From Obrimoposthia wandeli (lineage: Eukaryota), in NCBI GenBank assembly GCA_977020255.1, contig CDROCS010001101.1:434001-498000 (forward strand): a stretch of 64,000 nt of DNA, given 5' to 3'. The notes under the pieces are model-generated. The model had not been told where the DNA came from. It was given only the letters and a program-made list of their open reading frames with translations, and did no database searches. Both the position numbers and the translations under genes were made by a program. This document shows, in pieces, positions 39,323-48,527 of the stretch; the stretch's first letter is position 1, and every line of letters starts with the position of its first letter.

Positions 39323-39784
39323 ATGAAAAATATAAACAGATATTCGATATTGGCTATTGTCGGAGGGGGCTTATTGGCTCTAATGATTAATATCAATAGC
39401 CAACTCGCGTTAGAAACATCCGCAATCAACGCATCATGGATTGCACATGGCCTAGGGAGTCTACTGGCATTCGGACTTTATCATGTGGTTAAGAAAACTG
39501 TCGGGTCACCACCTTCATCAATGAAAGGTGATATACCTAAATTATACTACTTAGGTGGATTACCTGGCGCATTTACCGTCATTCTCGCTTCCGTAACTGT
39601 TAATAGCGTTATCGGCTTATCAGGAACACTAGCATTGGGATTAATTGGACAATTAGTCTGCTCTATTCTTTGTGAGGCATTGGGACTATTCGGACTAGAA
39701 AAAAGGACATTCACTCTTATTGAACTACTGCCTATCTCCTTGGTTATTTTCGGTTCAATACTCATTATTTCACTGAGGTATTAA
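39323..39784 (+). CDS. DMT-superfamily transporter subunit (YdcZ/DUF606-like)
   Basis: Five hydrophobic segments, YLGGLPGAF; divergent from LysR. Confidence 0.8.
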   Translation: MKNINRYSILAIVGGGLLALMININSQLALETSAINASWIAHGLGSLLAFGLYHVVKKTVGSPPSSMKGDIPKLYYLGGLPGAFTVILASVTVNSVIGLSGTLALGLIGQLVCSILCEALGLFGLEKRTFTLIELLPISLVIFGSILIISLRY

Positions 39785-39785
39785 A

Positions 39786-40229
39786 ATGACATTTTATATT
39801 CTAATAGCATTATTAAATGGATTTTGTATCGCGATAAGTCGCATATTGAACGGACAACTAGCCAGCTATTGTGGTGCATTTAAGGCTTCATATGTAAATC
39901 ATATAATAGGTTTTGTGTTCCTTTCAATTGTCATGATTTTATTACTTGAACCTCCACAACTTTCAAATGGTTCAAACATGTGGGTTTATCTCGGTGGCTT
40001 TATCGGCGCTTTTTATGTGGCCATTAATAGTCTTGTCATGAGTCATCTGGGTTCGACGAATACAATGGTTTTGGTTATTGGAGGGCAAATGTGCTTCGGA
40101 TTACTTTTGGATTCATCGACAAATTCACTCAGCGAATTATTCATCAAAGTACTGGGTGTTATGTCTATCGTCATAGGGGTATATTTAAAACAAGCCATAC
40201 AACACAAGCGCACACGTCTTTCGTCTTAA
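39786..40229 (+). CDS. DMT-superfamily transporter subunit (YdcZ/DUF606-like)
   Basis: YLGGFIGA, GQMCFGLLLD; paired with the preceding paralogue. Confidence 0.8.
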   Translation: MTFYILIALLNGFCIAISRILNGQLASYCGAFKASYVNHIIGFVFLSIVMILLLEPPQLSNGSNMWVYLGGFIGAFYVAINSLVMSHLGSTNTMVLVIGGQMCFGLLLDSSTNSLSELFIKVLGVMSIVIGVYLKQAIQHKRTRLSS

Positions 40230-40311
40230 TTTGAGGGTAGTATTTTATAATAAAAGCCACTTATACCTGATAAAGCTAGGTTACCGATTTACTCGTGGAA
40301 TGTCCCATCAC

Positions 40312-40418
40312 AAAATATATGGTAAACCAATATGAGCAAACGTGAGTAAGTCGGAACTCTAACAAGCTTTGGGTAAAATTCAACTTAGCCTTTAACTTAT
40401 GACCAAAAGACTAAGTTG
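40312..40418. repeat. GGCTTAG-family element, long form, diverged copy F
   Basis: 38/52 identity to the left part of copy C; hairpin arms changed to CAACTTAG/CTAAGTTG. Confidence 0.7.
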
Positions 40419-40450
40419 TTAGATCTTAATTTTATTATTCTAATCTAGCT

Positions 40451-41212
40451 TTACTTCACCGCTACGATGGTTTGAAAGCCGCCACTATTACTTGATTCTT
40501 CAATGCTAAAACCAACCACTGCAAGTTGCTCCTCTACCCACTCGGCAGAGAGTCTGATCTTACGGTAGCAACTTTTATTAAGTACCCATGAATTCTGTTT
40601 TTTGATGTAAACAATGTCATGTATCTTAACGGTTTCAGGCTCGTATTCTAAGAAACAGGTAAAGATGATGTTCTCATCACTTCTCACCGGAATAAACCGT
40701 TCTGTGTCTTTAAGTTCAGCAGATAAGTCACGAAAAGTAAGAATTAACTTCCCCCCCGTTTCAAGCGAACTGAATGAATCCTGGAATATAGTTAAAGCAT
40801 CCTGCTTCGATTTTAGATGCGTGATGGTATCTGTCATACAGACAATCAATTCACACGGACTACTGAGATGATCCTTGAAATTTAAAATATCATCATTGAT
40901 AGTCGTAATAGATTTATTTGTTGCAATAGATGGCATAGTCACAAGAGACTGAGCTGTCGCATTAGCCCTTAATTCATCCAACAGTTTTTGACTAAGATCT
41001 ATCGCAGTGACATTAAAACCGAGTTCAGCCAAAGGGATTGATTGAAAGCCAGAACCTGCACCTAAATCCAGCGCAATACCCGAGGATGAGGGTGCAATGT
41101 GTCTATTTTTAAAGAAGGCTAAATTACTATTTTTTGCTTCATCGAATCCCCCCATTAACCATGTATACACATCAGATAATAAGCTTTCATAATGCTCTTC
41201 AACACTCACCAT
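40451..41212 (-). CDS. Class I SAM-dependent methyltransferase
   Basis: ALDLGAGSG motif I, VTAIDLS. Confidence 0.88.
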   Translation of the reverse strand: MVSVEEHYESLLSDVYTWLMGGFDEAKNSNLAFFKNRHIAPSSSGIALDLGAGSGFQSIPLAELGFNVTAIDLSQKLLDELRANATAQSLVTMPSIATNKSITTINDDILNFKDHLSSPCELIVCMTDTITHLKSKQDALTIFQDSFSSLETGGKLILTFRDLSAELKDTERFIPVRSDENIIFTCFLEYEPETVKIHDIVYIKKQNSWVLNKSCYRKIRLSAEWVEEQLAVVGFSIEESSNSGGFQTIVAVK

Positions 41213-41374
41213 TGGTACTGCTCCTGCAGGTAATAACTAACACTCCTAAATAGGTAGTTAACATTACAATACATTGCCTGTAATTAGTAGAGTTACTTAA
41301 GCTGAATATATTCATGATAATGTCACCATTAATGCGTTACTATCCATTCAGGCATAGATAAAAACTGAAATATT

Positions 41375-43075
41375 ATGATGAAAAAGAATAAGCCAGTTAA
41401 AATAACACTGGCGCATATAAATGATACGCACTCTTACTTTGAACCTCAGTCACTGCAGTTACAGCTGAACATTGACGGTAAAATAATATCGCCTTATGTC
41501 AGCAATGGCGGTTTCTCTCGTATCGCCACGCGCGCTAAACAGCTTAAAGCGAGCGCGCTACAGAACAACCGTGACTTTATATTTGTCCACGCTGGCGATT
41601 GCTTTCAAGGCACGCTGTATTTCTCGCTGTTCAAAGGGAAAGCCAATTCCGATATGCTTAACGCATTAGGCATTGATGTCATGACCATTGGTAATCATGA
41701 ACTCGATATGGGTAATGAGCCAGTGGCTGAATTTTTAGATCGTATTGAGTTTCCACTACTCGCTGGTAACTGGGATCTGACTAACGAATTAACAACCAAG
41801 TCGCATTATTTAAAGGGTCGCCCTAACTTACTCTCTTATCAACCAGAGCAGCAGACTGCTCGTTGGATGACACGCGTTGTCGATGGCGAGTCTGTGGCAA
41901 TATTCGGAGTGTCACTGGATAAGATGGCCGATATAGCCAATGTCGATCCAGATACGCCATTTGTTAATGCCATTGAAACGGCTATAAATACTGTGCGCGC
42001 TATTCGAGAGTCAGGGATTAATAAGATCATATTATTAAGTCACCTTGGTTTTACTGGTGATTGTGAACTAGCAGAGAAAGTGGATGGCATCAGCTTGATT
42101 GTCGGTGGTCATAGTCACAACCTGCTAGGGGATTTCAGCGACTTAGGACTGAAAAAAGAAGCTGAATACGGACATCAAGTTAATGGTACTTATATCGTGC
42201 AAGCAGGATTCCATTCACAGGCGCTTGGTCACTGTGAAATTGATTTCGCCGCCGATGGTTCAGTTAGTACTTTCAAAGGCAAAAATGAACTGCTAATTGG
42301 TCGCCGACTCTGTACGAATGCAAGCCTGCTAACAACCAATGACGATGCAATTCATGCACAGGCTAGCCTGTACCTCATGCAACATGAAAACGTGGTGATA
42401 TGTAAAAAAGATCCACAACTACAAAGTTTGCTACAGGATAAGTACATACCACGAGTGCGCGAACTGCAAAGTACAGTGATCGCTAACTTAACAAAAGATA
42501 TGCGTCACATCCGCATTCCCGATCAACAAGGTGGCAGTGAGATAGTCCCGTTAGTAGCCGAATCGTTTGCCCATATGATGAATAAAGACGGGCATCAAAT
42601 AGACTTTGCCATTCATAATGCCGGTGGTGTAAGAACGTCGCTATTCCAAGGTAATATTTCAATTTGTGATATCGCAGGCAAGCTACTGCCCTTTGCCGTT
42701 CCTATCGGTGTTTATCACATCAAAGGCAAATATATAGCACAGGCACTCGAAGGCGCGATCAACAACGCAACCAATAATGGCGTAATAGGCACAGGTTCGG
42801 GCAGCTACCCTTATACATATAACTTGGATTTTAACTATCACGCGCAGCGCCCTCTTGGTCAACGTATTACTGGACTCATGATTAATACTGCGCAAGATGG
42901 CTGGGTGGATATTGACGATGACAAGCATTATTACGGCAGCTCTTCCGCTTATACCATGAAAGGTAAGGAAGGTTATGAAGCACTGACGATGATGGAAGGT
43001 GACGGGATTGTGAGCCACCATTCTATGGCAGATTGCTTCATTGATTTTCTTCAAAATGTGCCGAACAGGCTATAA
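41375..43075 (+). CDS. Bifunctional metallophosphoesterase/5'-nucleotidase (UshA-like), no signal peptide
   Basis: NDTHS, GDCFQG, GNHE, GGHSH, NAGGVR. Confidence 0.88.
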   Translation: MMKKNKPVKITLAHINDTHSYFEPQSLQLQLNIDGKIISPYVSNGGFSRIATRAKQLKASALQNNRDFIFVHAGDCFQGTLYFSLFKGKANSDMLNALGIDVMTIGNHELDMGNEPVAEFLDRIEFPLLAGNWDLTNELTTKSHYLKGRPNLLSYQPEQQTARWMTRVVDGESVAIFGVSLDKMADIANVDPDTPFVNAIETAINTVRAIRESGINKIILLSHLGFTGDCELAEKVDGISLIVGGHSHNLLGDFSDLGLKKEAEYGHQVNGTYIVQAGFHSQALGHCEIDFAADGSVSTFKGKNELLIGRRLCTNASLLTTNDDAIHAQASLYLMQHENVVICKKDPQLQSLLQDKYIPRVRELQSTVIANLTKDMRHIRIPDQQGGSEIVPLVAESFAHMMNKDGHQIDFAIHNAGGVRTSLFQGNISICDIAGKLLPFAVPIGVYHIKGKYIAQALEGAINNATNNGVIGTGSGSYPYTYNLDFNYHAQRPLGQRITGLMINTAQDGWVDIDDDKHYYGSSSAYTMKGKEGYEALTMMEGDGIVSHHSMADCFIDFLQNVPNRL

Positions 43076-43178
43076 ATCAGTAACACATAAAACGATATAG
43101 TAATAACAAATAAGGCAGCCACGATATCTTCGTTGGCTGCCTTTATAATGTTAACACTTGGCTATTTTTCAAGTGTTT

Positions 43179-43991
43179 TTATTTAGCAAGCTCTGCGGCT
43201 GTATCAACAAAGATACCTTGAATATCTTTTGCTTCACGCTCAGTCTGCCCACCATGTTTTAGGAACGCGCCAATAATAGCTGCCGTTTTATTTTCTTTGG
43301 CGCGGTCCAAGAAGTAACGTAATTCCAATTCAGCCCCGGCATTTTCATCGACAATCGACGCTGCAATAATTTCCTTGTACATCACTATGTCGCGAATTTC
43401 TAACTGACTGATAACACCAGTAACTTGTGCTAAGAAATCGGCCATTTCTGCTTTCGGCACATACTGAGTAATGATGTTCAATGCCTCAGCTTGTTGCGCA
43501 GTAAAATCATTCCCTAACAACAGTGCCTGCAATGCTTTACCTTTACCGAGTCTTCTCGCAAATTGCACTGCACCTTGACCACCAGTAGGAATGTTCACAT
43601 GTACCTCTGGCTGTGCAAATGCTGAGTTTTCAGTACCGTAAGCAAGGTCACAAGCCATTACAAATTCATTACCGCCGCCACGTGCCACACCGTCTACAGC
43701 GGCAATCGAAAGTTGTTTCATCGCTTTGATATTTGTGATCATATGATTAAACTCGATAGAGGCAGCCTGTCCACCTTGAGTTCCGTTGATCACGTTCAAA
43801 TCTAAATGCGCTAGAAAGAATGTTTCGTGAAGAGATTTAAACACCACGATTTTAGTTTCTCGATCATCTTTTAACGATAAAACAAAGGCATTAACTTCAT
43901 TGATAAGATCTATCGTTAACACGTTTACAGGTGGGTTATTGATAGTAACGGTTGCAATGCCATTGTTGTGAATGATTGATAATTTGTTCAT
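43179..43991 (-). CDS. Enoyl-CoA hydratase/isomerase-family protein
   Basis: NNPPVNVL, GGGNEFVMACD, PEV. Confidence 0.9.
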   Translation of the reverse strand: MNKLSIIHNNGIATVTINNPPVNVLTIDLINEVNAFVLSLKDDRETKIVVFKSLHETFFLAHLDLNVINGTQGGQAASIEFNHMITNIKAMKQLSIAAVDGVARGGGNEFVMACDLAYGTENSAFAQPEVHVNIPTGGQGAVQFARRLGKGKALQALLLGNDFTAQQAEALNIITQYVPKAEMADFLAQVTGVISQLEIRDIVMYKEIIAASIVDENAGAELELRYFLDRAKENKTAAIIGAFLKHGGQTEREAKDIQGIFVDTAAELAK

Positions 43992-44125
43992 GGGTATTCC
44001 TCATTTATCTAAACGGGCTGTATTCGCTGCAGCCCTTCATGTGTTGCTACTATAATATTGTTGTTAGCGAAGAAAAATGCTTAAATAAGCACATCATTGG
44101 TGCCAAAAATGCAACAAAGGAATAT

Positions 44126-45076
44126 ATGGACTTATCTAGCCAATTATTACTGTTACTTGAAGTGGTCGAACTTGGTTCATTTACTAAAGTGGCCGATCAA
44201 AGAAATGTCGACAGATCGGTGATATCGAAACAGATAACCCGTTTAGAGCTCGACCTTGATGTACGTTTACTCAATCGGACCACACGCTCGCTCTCTTTAA
44301 CCGCACCGGGCAATGAAATGGTCAAGCAAGCCAAATTATTACGTACTCTGCTAAATGATACCCACAGACTAGCGCAAAATTATCATGCCGAGCCCAGAGG
44401 CGTATTGCGGATCACCAGTTCGACTTTGTTTGGTCGCCAGTATGTGCAACAAGCCGTATCCGTGTTTCAACAAAAGTACCCTGAGGTTAATGTTGAATTA
44501 CGCTTAGAAGATCGCTTTATCGATATGGTAAGTGAGGGCTTTGATATTGGTTTTCGTATCGGAAAACCGAAAAACTCGAATCTCATCACCCGTAAAATAG
44601 CCCGCAACAGATTACTGATTGTCGCCTCGCCAGCGTTCATTAAACAACACGGTAAGATTGACACTATTGCACAGTTAGAAACCTTACCCGCTGCGGTCTA
44701 CGCTGCCCCTGGATTGTTAATTGACAAATTTACCTACCTCGATGCCAATAAAGAACCTAAGAATTTACAATTGAATGTCGCTTACAAAGTAAATGATGTA
44801 GAAATGGTGGTTAAAACGGCGGTATCAGGGAATATGCTCGCTGTAGCAACAGCGCAGATGATAGAAAATGAAGTTATCGAGGGTAAACTAATCCCCATAA
44901 TGACAGACCTTAATCTCGATGATTTTGGTACTTTTTATGCCGTATATCCCCACAGAGATGCACCAATAAAAACGAAATTGTTCATTGACACACTTAAAGT
45001 TATCGTAGGTGAAGATGTGCCAGTATGGGAGCAGAATATTCCTGATTTTGAACACATGTATGGTCGTAAAAAATAG
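44126..45076 (+). CDS. LysR-family regulator (start reassigned to MDLSSQL)
   Basis: GSFTKVA...SVISKQITRLE, LLNRTTRSL; RBS AAAGGAA. Confidence 0.9.
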   Translation: MDLSSQLLLLLEVVELGSFTKVADQRNVDRSVISKQITRLELDLDVRLLNRTTRSLSLTAPGNEMVKQAKLLRTLLNDTHRLAQNYHAEPRGVLRITSSTLFGRQYVQQAVSVFQQKYPEVNVELRLEDRFIDMVSEGFDIGFRIGKPKNSNLITRKIARNRLLIVASPAFIKQHGKIDTIAQLETLPAAVYAAPGLLIDKFTYLDANKEPKNLQLNVAYKVNDVEMVVKTAVSGNMLAVATAQMIENEVIEGKLIPIMTDLNLDDFGTFYAVYPHRDAPIKTKLFIDTLKVIVGEDVPVWEQNIPDFEHMYGRKK

Positions 45077-45156
45077 CGGCATTAGCTGGGTATTAAAGAC
45101 AGTATAAAAATGAGATTCGCGCCAGCATAAAACAGGATGATTATGTAGCTGACATG

Positions 45157-45201
45157 CACTAAGCCAATGTTGAACATGGTGGCTTAGTGTTTATGCGTCA
45201 A
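45157..45201. repeat. GGCTTAG-family element, copy E
   Basis: CACTAAGCCA-ATGTTGAACATGG-TGGCTTAGTG (perfect 10-bp arms), followed by TTTATGCGTCAA. Confidence 0.8.
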
Positions 45202-45265
45202 GAGACAATGCTCGCATGATAGAAAGCAGGGGAAAATTGAGAGTAACACTTAAACGAGGTGTGTC

Positions 45266-45631
45266 TTAGCTATCAACTGGATTTGCTGTTAATTCAGGTT
45301 CAAATTCGTATTGTGCATAACGGGCGATGCAAGCATCTAATAAAGCCTCGTCATCATAAAATTCACAAACCATTTCAGCAATTGTATGCAATGCATCTCG
45401 GTCTTCACTGTGAATCGTAAACATCAGTGTTTCTTCACCAAAAGTTAGTTTTTCTAATAAGCTTGGGTTCTTTTCTGAAAGCATATTTTCTATTAACAAC
45501 GCCCAATCTTCACCATCGCCCAAAAAGTCATGAGATTCAAACGCTTTCCATTTTAAATCACTTAGCATCAGGCTAAGGTCGCGTTTGAAAGTTGAAAACT
45601 GAAATGGGTGGAAAACATTTACTTGCTTCAT
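45266..45631 (-). CDS. Imm51-like immunity protein
   Basis: FLGDGEDWALL...PSLLEKLTFGEETLMFTIHSED resembles the Imm51 FEGNGYDW...FDPEAxMF pattern. Confidence 0.65.
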   Translation of the reverse strand: MKQVNVFHPFQFSTFKRDLSLMLSDLKWKAFESHDFLGDGEDWALLIENMLSEKNPSLLEKLTFGEETLMFTIHSEDRDALHTIAEMVCEFYDDEALLDACIARYAQYEFEPELTANPVDS

Positions 45632-45840
45632 AATATCTCTCTAATCTGAGTGGAATAGTCAATAAATAACTTCCCCAAACAAAGCAAGAAGTTAGACTAT
45701 CTCCACCCTACTCTTTGTATTTTAATTAAATGATAGCTACATCATGTTTTGTCTTATTACCGTTGAAAATGGCACATTAAACAGCGTTATTTATAATATT
45801 TGTGAGCACCGTTATTTATGAACAGAAAACGTTTCCTTCG

Positions 45841-47061
45841 TTAAAACTCCAATTTACCGGGGTTTCTACTGCGTAAATTAGTAAAAGTACTCATCTCGAC
45901 TTGATGATGTGCTAACCAGTAAGGTAAATGCTGTCTGTCGAATACATGCGATTTATTCATCATATCAAACACGCTAAACGCCTTACCCTGCGCAAGTGCC
46001 GCGCCTAAGATGCTTCGATCTAAAATAGCCACGTTATCGATATCTTCAATAAGTGCATTTTTAATATGGACGGTATTCATATCCCAATTAAATGTTTCTA
46101 TTATTTTTTTGGTGACTAGCCCTTCAAACTTCTCAATGATTGCCGGTAGATACTCAAGTTTAGGGGTCACATCCGCACAAGAGAAATACTCATCTCTCAT
46201 CTTTTTCTCTTTATAATCCATCATGACTCGCGTTAACGCCTCGTCAAAACTCGATGTAAAATTGTTGGCAATAATAAACAGGCCAATCGATCTCATCATG
46301 CCAAGTAAAATACCGATGTCCGGTTCTTTATAGTCGACATCAGCCAGTCTCATTCTGGTCACATTGGCAGTACTGACTGCAAATTGCCAGACTTTAGGCA
46401 CCATGATTTTAGTATTTTTATCTGACCATTTTAATAGCTGTTTTGACATCATCACAGGAAAAATCATTCGGCAACTTTCAATACCAATAAAGCCAATCGC
46501 TGTTTTAGGATCTCGAATATTCCTAACTTTTTGACCTTTTTTCTCACAAAACTTATCGTTATTAACCAAATCTAAAATACTGTTCGATAACGCATTGCTT
46601 AACGTACACAGGTTGCCAAGTTTAGTGAAATCAAGGCTCGCTCCATATGCAAAAGAAGCAAACTCTTCAAAATATGGTGTGCCGATAATGAGTTGACTAG
46701 GATCTGCGTCATTTAATTTTTGAGATAACACCGCTTCAGCAGCTTCAATCACAACCTCTGACACGACTTTATAGCGTTCCTGCCGAGTCTCTGCATCCAG
46801 CCTTCTTTCTTTAACACGGTCTTGCTCGCATTCCAATAGGATCCGTTGTTGTTCTGCAACGCGTTCACTTTCATGCAAGATAACTGAGTCACAAAAATCT
46901 GATTCCCGGCTTAATAAATGATCTACATCTTTTTGATGGACTAAATACCGTTGGCTAACAAGCCATTTTGTGAATCTTGATTTTACTTTGTCACTGATAT
47001 TTTCAGCATCATCAAGTCCCGATTGTCTATAACGCTTTTCGGTATAAATCGACTTTTTCAT
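45841..47061 (-). CDS. HDOD-domain protein
   Basis: IRDPKTAIGFIG, VWQFAV, ILLGMMRSIG HDOD-like segments. Confidence 0.75.
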   Translation of the reverse strand: MKKSIYTEKRYRQSGLDDAENISDKVKSRFTKWLVSQRYLVHQKDVDHLLSRESDFCDSVILHESERVAEQQRILLECEQDRVKERRLDAETRQERYKVVSEVVIEAAEAVLSQKLNDADPSQLIIGTPYFEEFASFAYGASLDFTKLGNLCTLSNALSNSILDLVNNDKFCEKKGQKVRNIRDPKTAIGFIGIESCRMIFPVMMSKQLLKWSDKNTKIMVPKVWQFAVSTANVTRMRLADVDYKEPDIGILLGMMRSIGLFIIANNFTSSFDEALTRVMMDYKEKKMRDEYFSCADVTPKLEYLPAIIEKFEGLVTKKIIETFNWDMNTVHIKNALIEDIDNVAILDRSILGAALAQGKAFSVFDMMNKSHVFDRQHLPYWLAHHQVEMSTFTNLRSRNPGKLEF

Positions 47062-47323
47062 TAAAACAAATTCCTGTGTTCCGGTGATTTTTTAAATGCA
47101 AATATCCCAGGCGGTCACCCAAAACACTACTTGGCTTTGGTCATGACTCAAAGCGAAGATAATAACCGACCATTTTAACTTATTTATCTCTCGTTAAGTA
47201 AGTTAAATAACCCAAAGAGTTCGACCAATGAGTGATCATCTTGATCGTATAGCGAACACCCAATGAACTAACCTATTGCATGATGGTCTACTCGTTACTA
47301 TGCTAGTTATCAATAGTGATGAG

Positions 47324-47338
47324 ATATAGTAATTAAAG
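47324..47338 (+). promoter_or_regulatory. Ter-like motif in the tus leader
   Basis: ATATAGTAATTAAAG, 12/15 match to the E. coli Ter core ATGTTGTAACTAAAG; same orientation as TerB before E. coli tus. Confidence 0.35.
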
Positions 47339-47381
47339 ATAGCAGCTGAAAGTAGTAATCACATGAAAAATAGGAGGATAC

Positions 47382-48248
47382 ATGACTGACATTAAAAGTT
47401 TATTTGATCAACTCACGGTTAACCTACAACAACTAGAAAAGCTATTTTCTACAACGAAAGCCGTACAGGCATTGGTCAGCAGGATCCCTTGTGTGATTAA
47501 AGGCCAAGAGCAAGCTGTCATAAACCAGATCACGCCCGAGTTAAGCACTGACATGCTAGCCATGAAATTGGCTGCTGAAGCGTTCCAAGACATCCACATT
47601 AAGCACCCTTTTTCACAAAAGTCAGCTCGACGTTATGTGGGGGTTATTCACCTACACCCTGAGCATCAAAACACAGCAAAAATTGTGCTATTGATTAAAG
47701 CGATAAATACCCTTAAAGCAGATATTGAACATGCGGTTGTCAACGAAAATGAATCACGTCAGGCTCGATTCAACGCGATCCACGACAATTGCCCAGGTAT
47801 CATGACAGTGCATTTATATCGCAAGATCCATTGTTTAGAAAACGAGAGTGTAAAGTCAGTCCGCTTTAGCTGGCAGCGTAAAGATTCATTACACCAACCC
47901 GACAAGCTAAAGTTGTTAGGAGAAATTAACGCAGAAAAAGAAAGAGCAACGCTAGATAATCAGCTTGCCTTAGACCAGCTACAGCAAAAAGTAACGTCAA
48001 CACCCGAGCAGGATTTACGTATTCGCAGGCCTGTCAAAGTACAACCAGCGGCAAATATAGTAAGAGCTTCTGGCTTAAAGACAGTCACAGCACCGTTACC
48101 AATAATTATAGTGCAGAAGGAGATGTTAGAGGCAAATGCAGTGATGGAATTTGTCGCGTCTCAGGTACGTAAACAACGATCGGATAAACGCAAAAATACC
48201 TTATTAGGTACAATATCAGGTCACACTATTGAAAAAATAGCGCTTTAA
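47382..48248 (+). CDS. tus: DNA replication terminus site-binding protein
   Basis: Colinear with E. coli Tus: SQKSARRYVGVI, INTLKADIEH, ARFNAIHDNCPG, VRFSWQRK, LRIRRPVKVQP. Confidence 0.87.
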   Translation: MTDIKSLFDQLTVNLQQLEKLFSTTKAVQALVSRIPCVIKGQEQAVINQITPELSTDMLAMKLAAEAFQDIHIKHPFSQKSARRYVGVIHLHPEHQNTAKIVLLIKAINTLKADIEHAVVNENESRQARFNAIHDNCPGIMTVHLYRKIHCLENESVKSVRFSWQRKDSLHQPDKLKLLGEINAEKERATLDNQLALDQLQQKVTSTPEQDLRIRRPVKVQPAANIVRASGLKTVTAPLPIIIVQKEMLEANAVMEFVASQVRKQRSDKRKNTLLGTISGHTIEKIAL

Positions 48249-48263
48249 ATAAAACCAGTGTAA

Positions 48264-48527
48264 TTAGAACCAAGGACGGTTTTCTAGTACATAATCTCGC
48301 TCAAACTCTACTTCTGATTTAAGCAAGTAGATGACAAATTCGACCAAAGCTATCATGGCAATTACCATCGACGGTAAACCTAAGAAAACAGAGCCAAAGA
48401 TAAACAGCACTAACATACAAAGACCTTGTCTGTTGTAGCCTAGATAAAACTTATGTGCCCCAAGAACCCCAAAGAAAAATGCTAATAATACAGCACCCAT
48501 TTTCTTTGATTTTACAGCCCTGTTCAT
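48264..48527 (-). CDS. TM2-domain membrane protein (start reassigned to MNRAVK)
   Basis: LLAFFFGVLGAHKFYLG; RBS AAGGGAG. Confidence 0.85.
   Translation of the reverse strand: MNRAVKSKKMGAVLLAFFFGVLGAHKFYLGYNRQGLCMLVLFIFGSVFLGLPSMVIAMIALVEFVIYLLKSEVEFERDYVLENRPWF

Noticed and set aside
40357-40424. attC site (TCTAAC...GTTAGA)
   Set aside because: No L''/L' pairing at the correct spacing; better explained as GGCTTAG-family copy F.
41235-41298. attC-like site upstream of the methyltransferase (AAGTAAC...GTTAGTT)
   Set aside because: Only patchy pairing in AT-rich DNA; cannot be distinguished from chance.
30200-41300. Integron integrase or transposase in the accessory region
   Set aside because: No ORF shows tyrosine-recombinase, DDE or HUH motifs.
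43094-43104. Second copy of the tus-leader motif (GATATAGTAAT)
   Set aside because: An 11-bp AT-rich match lacking the TAAAG end; plausible by chance.
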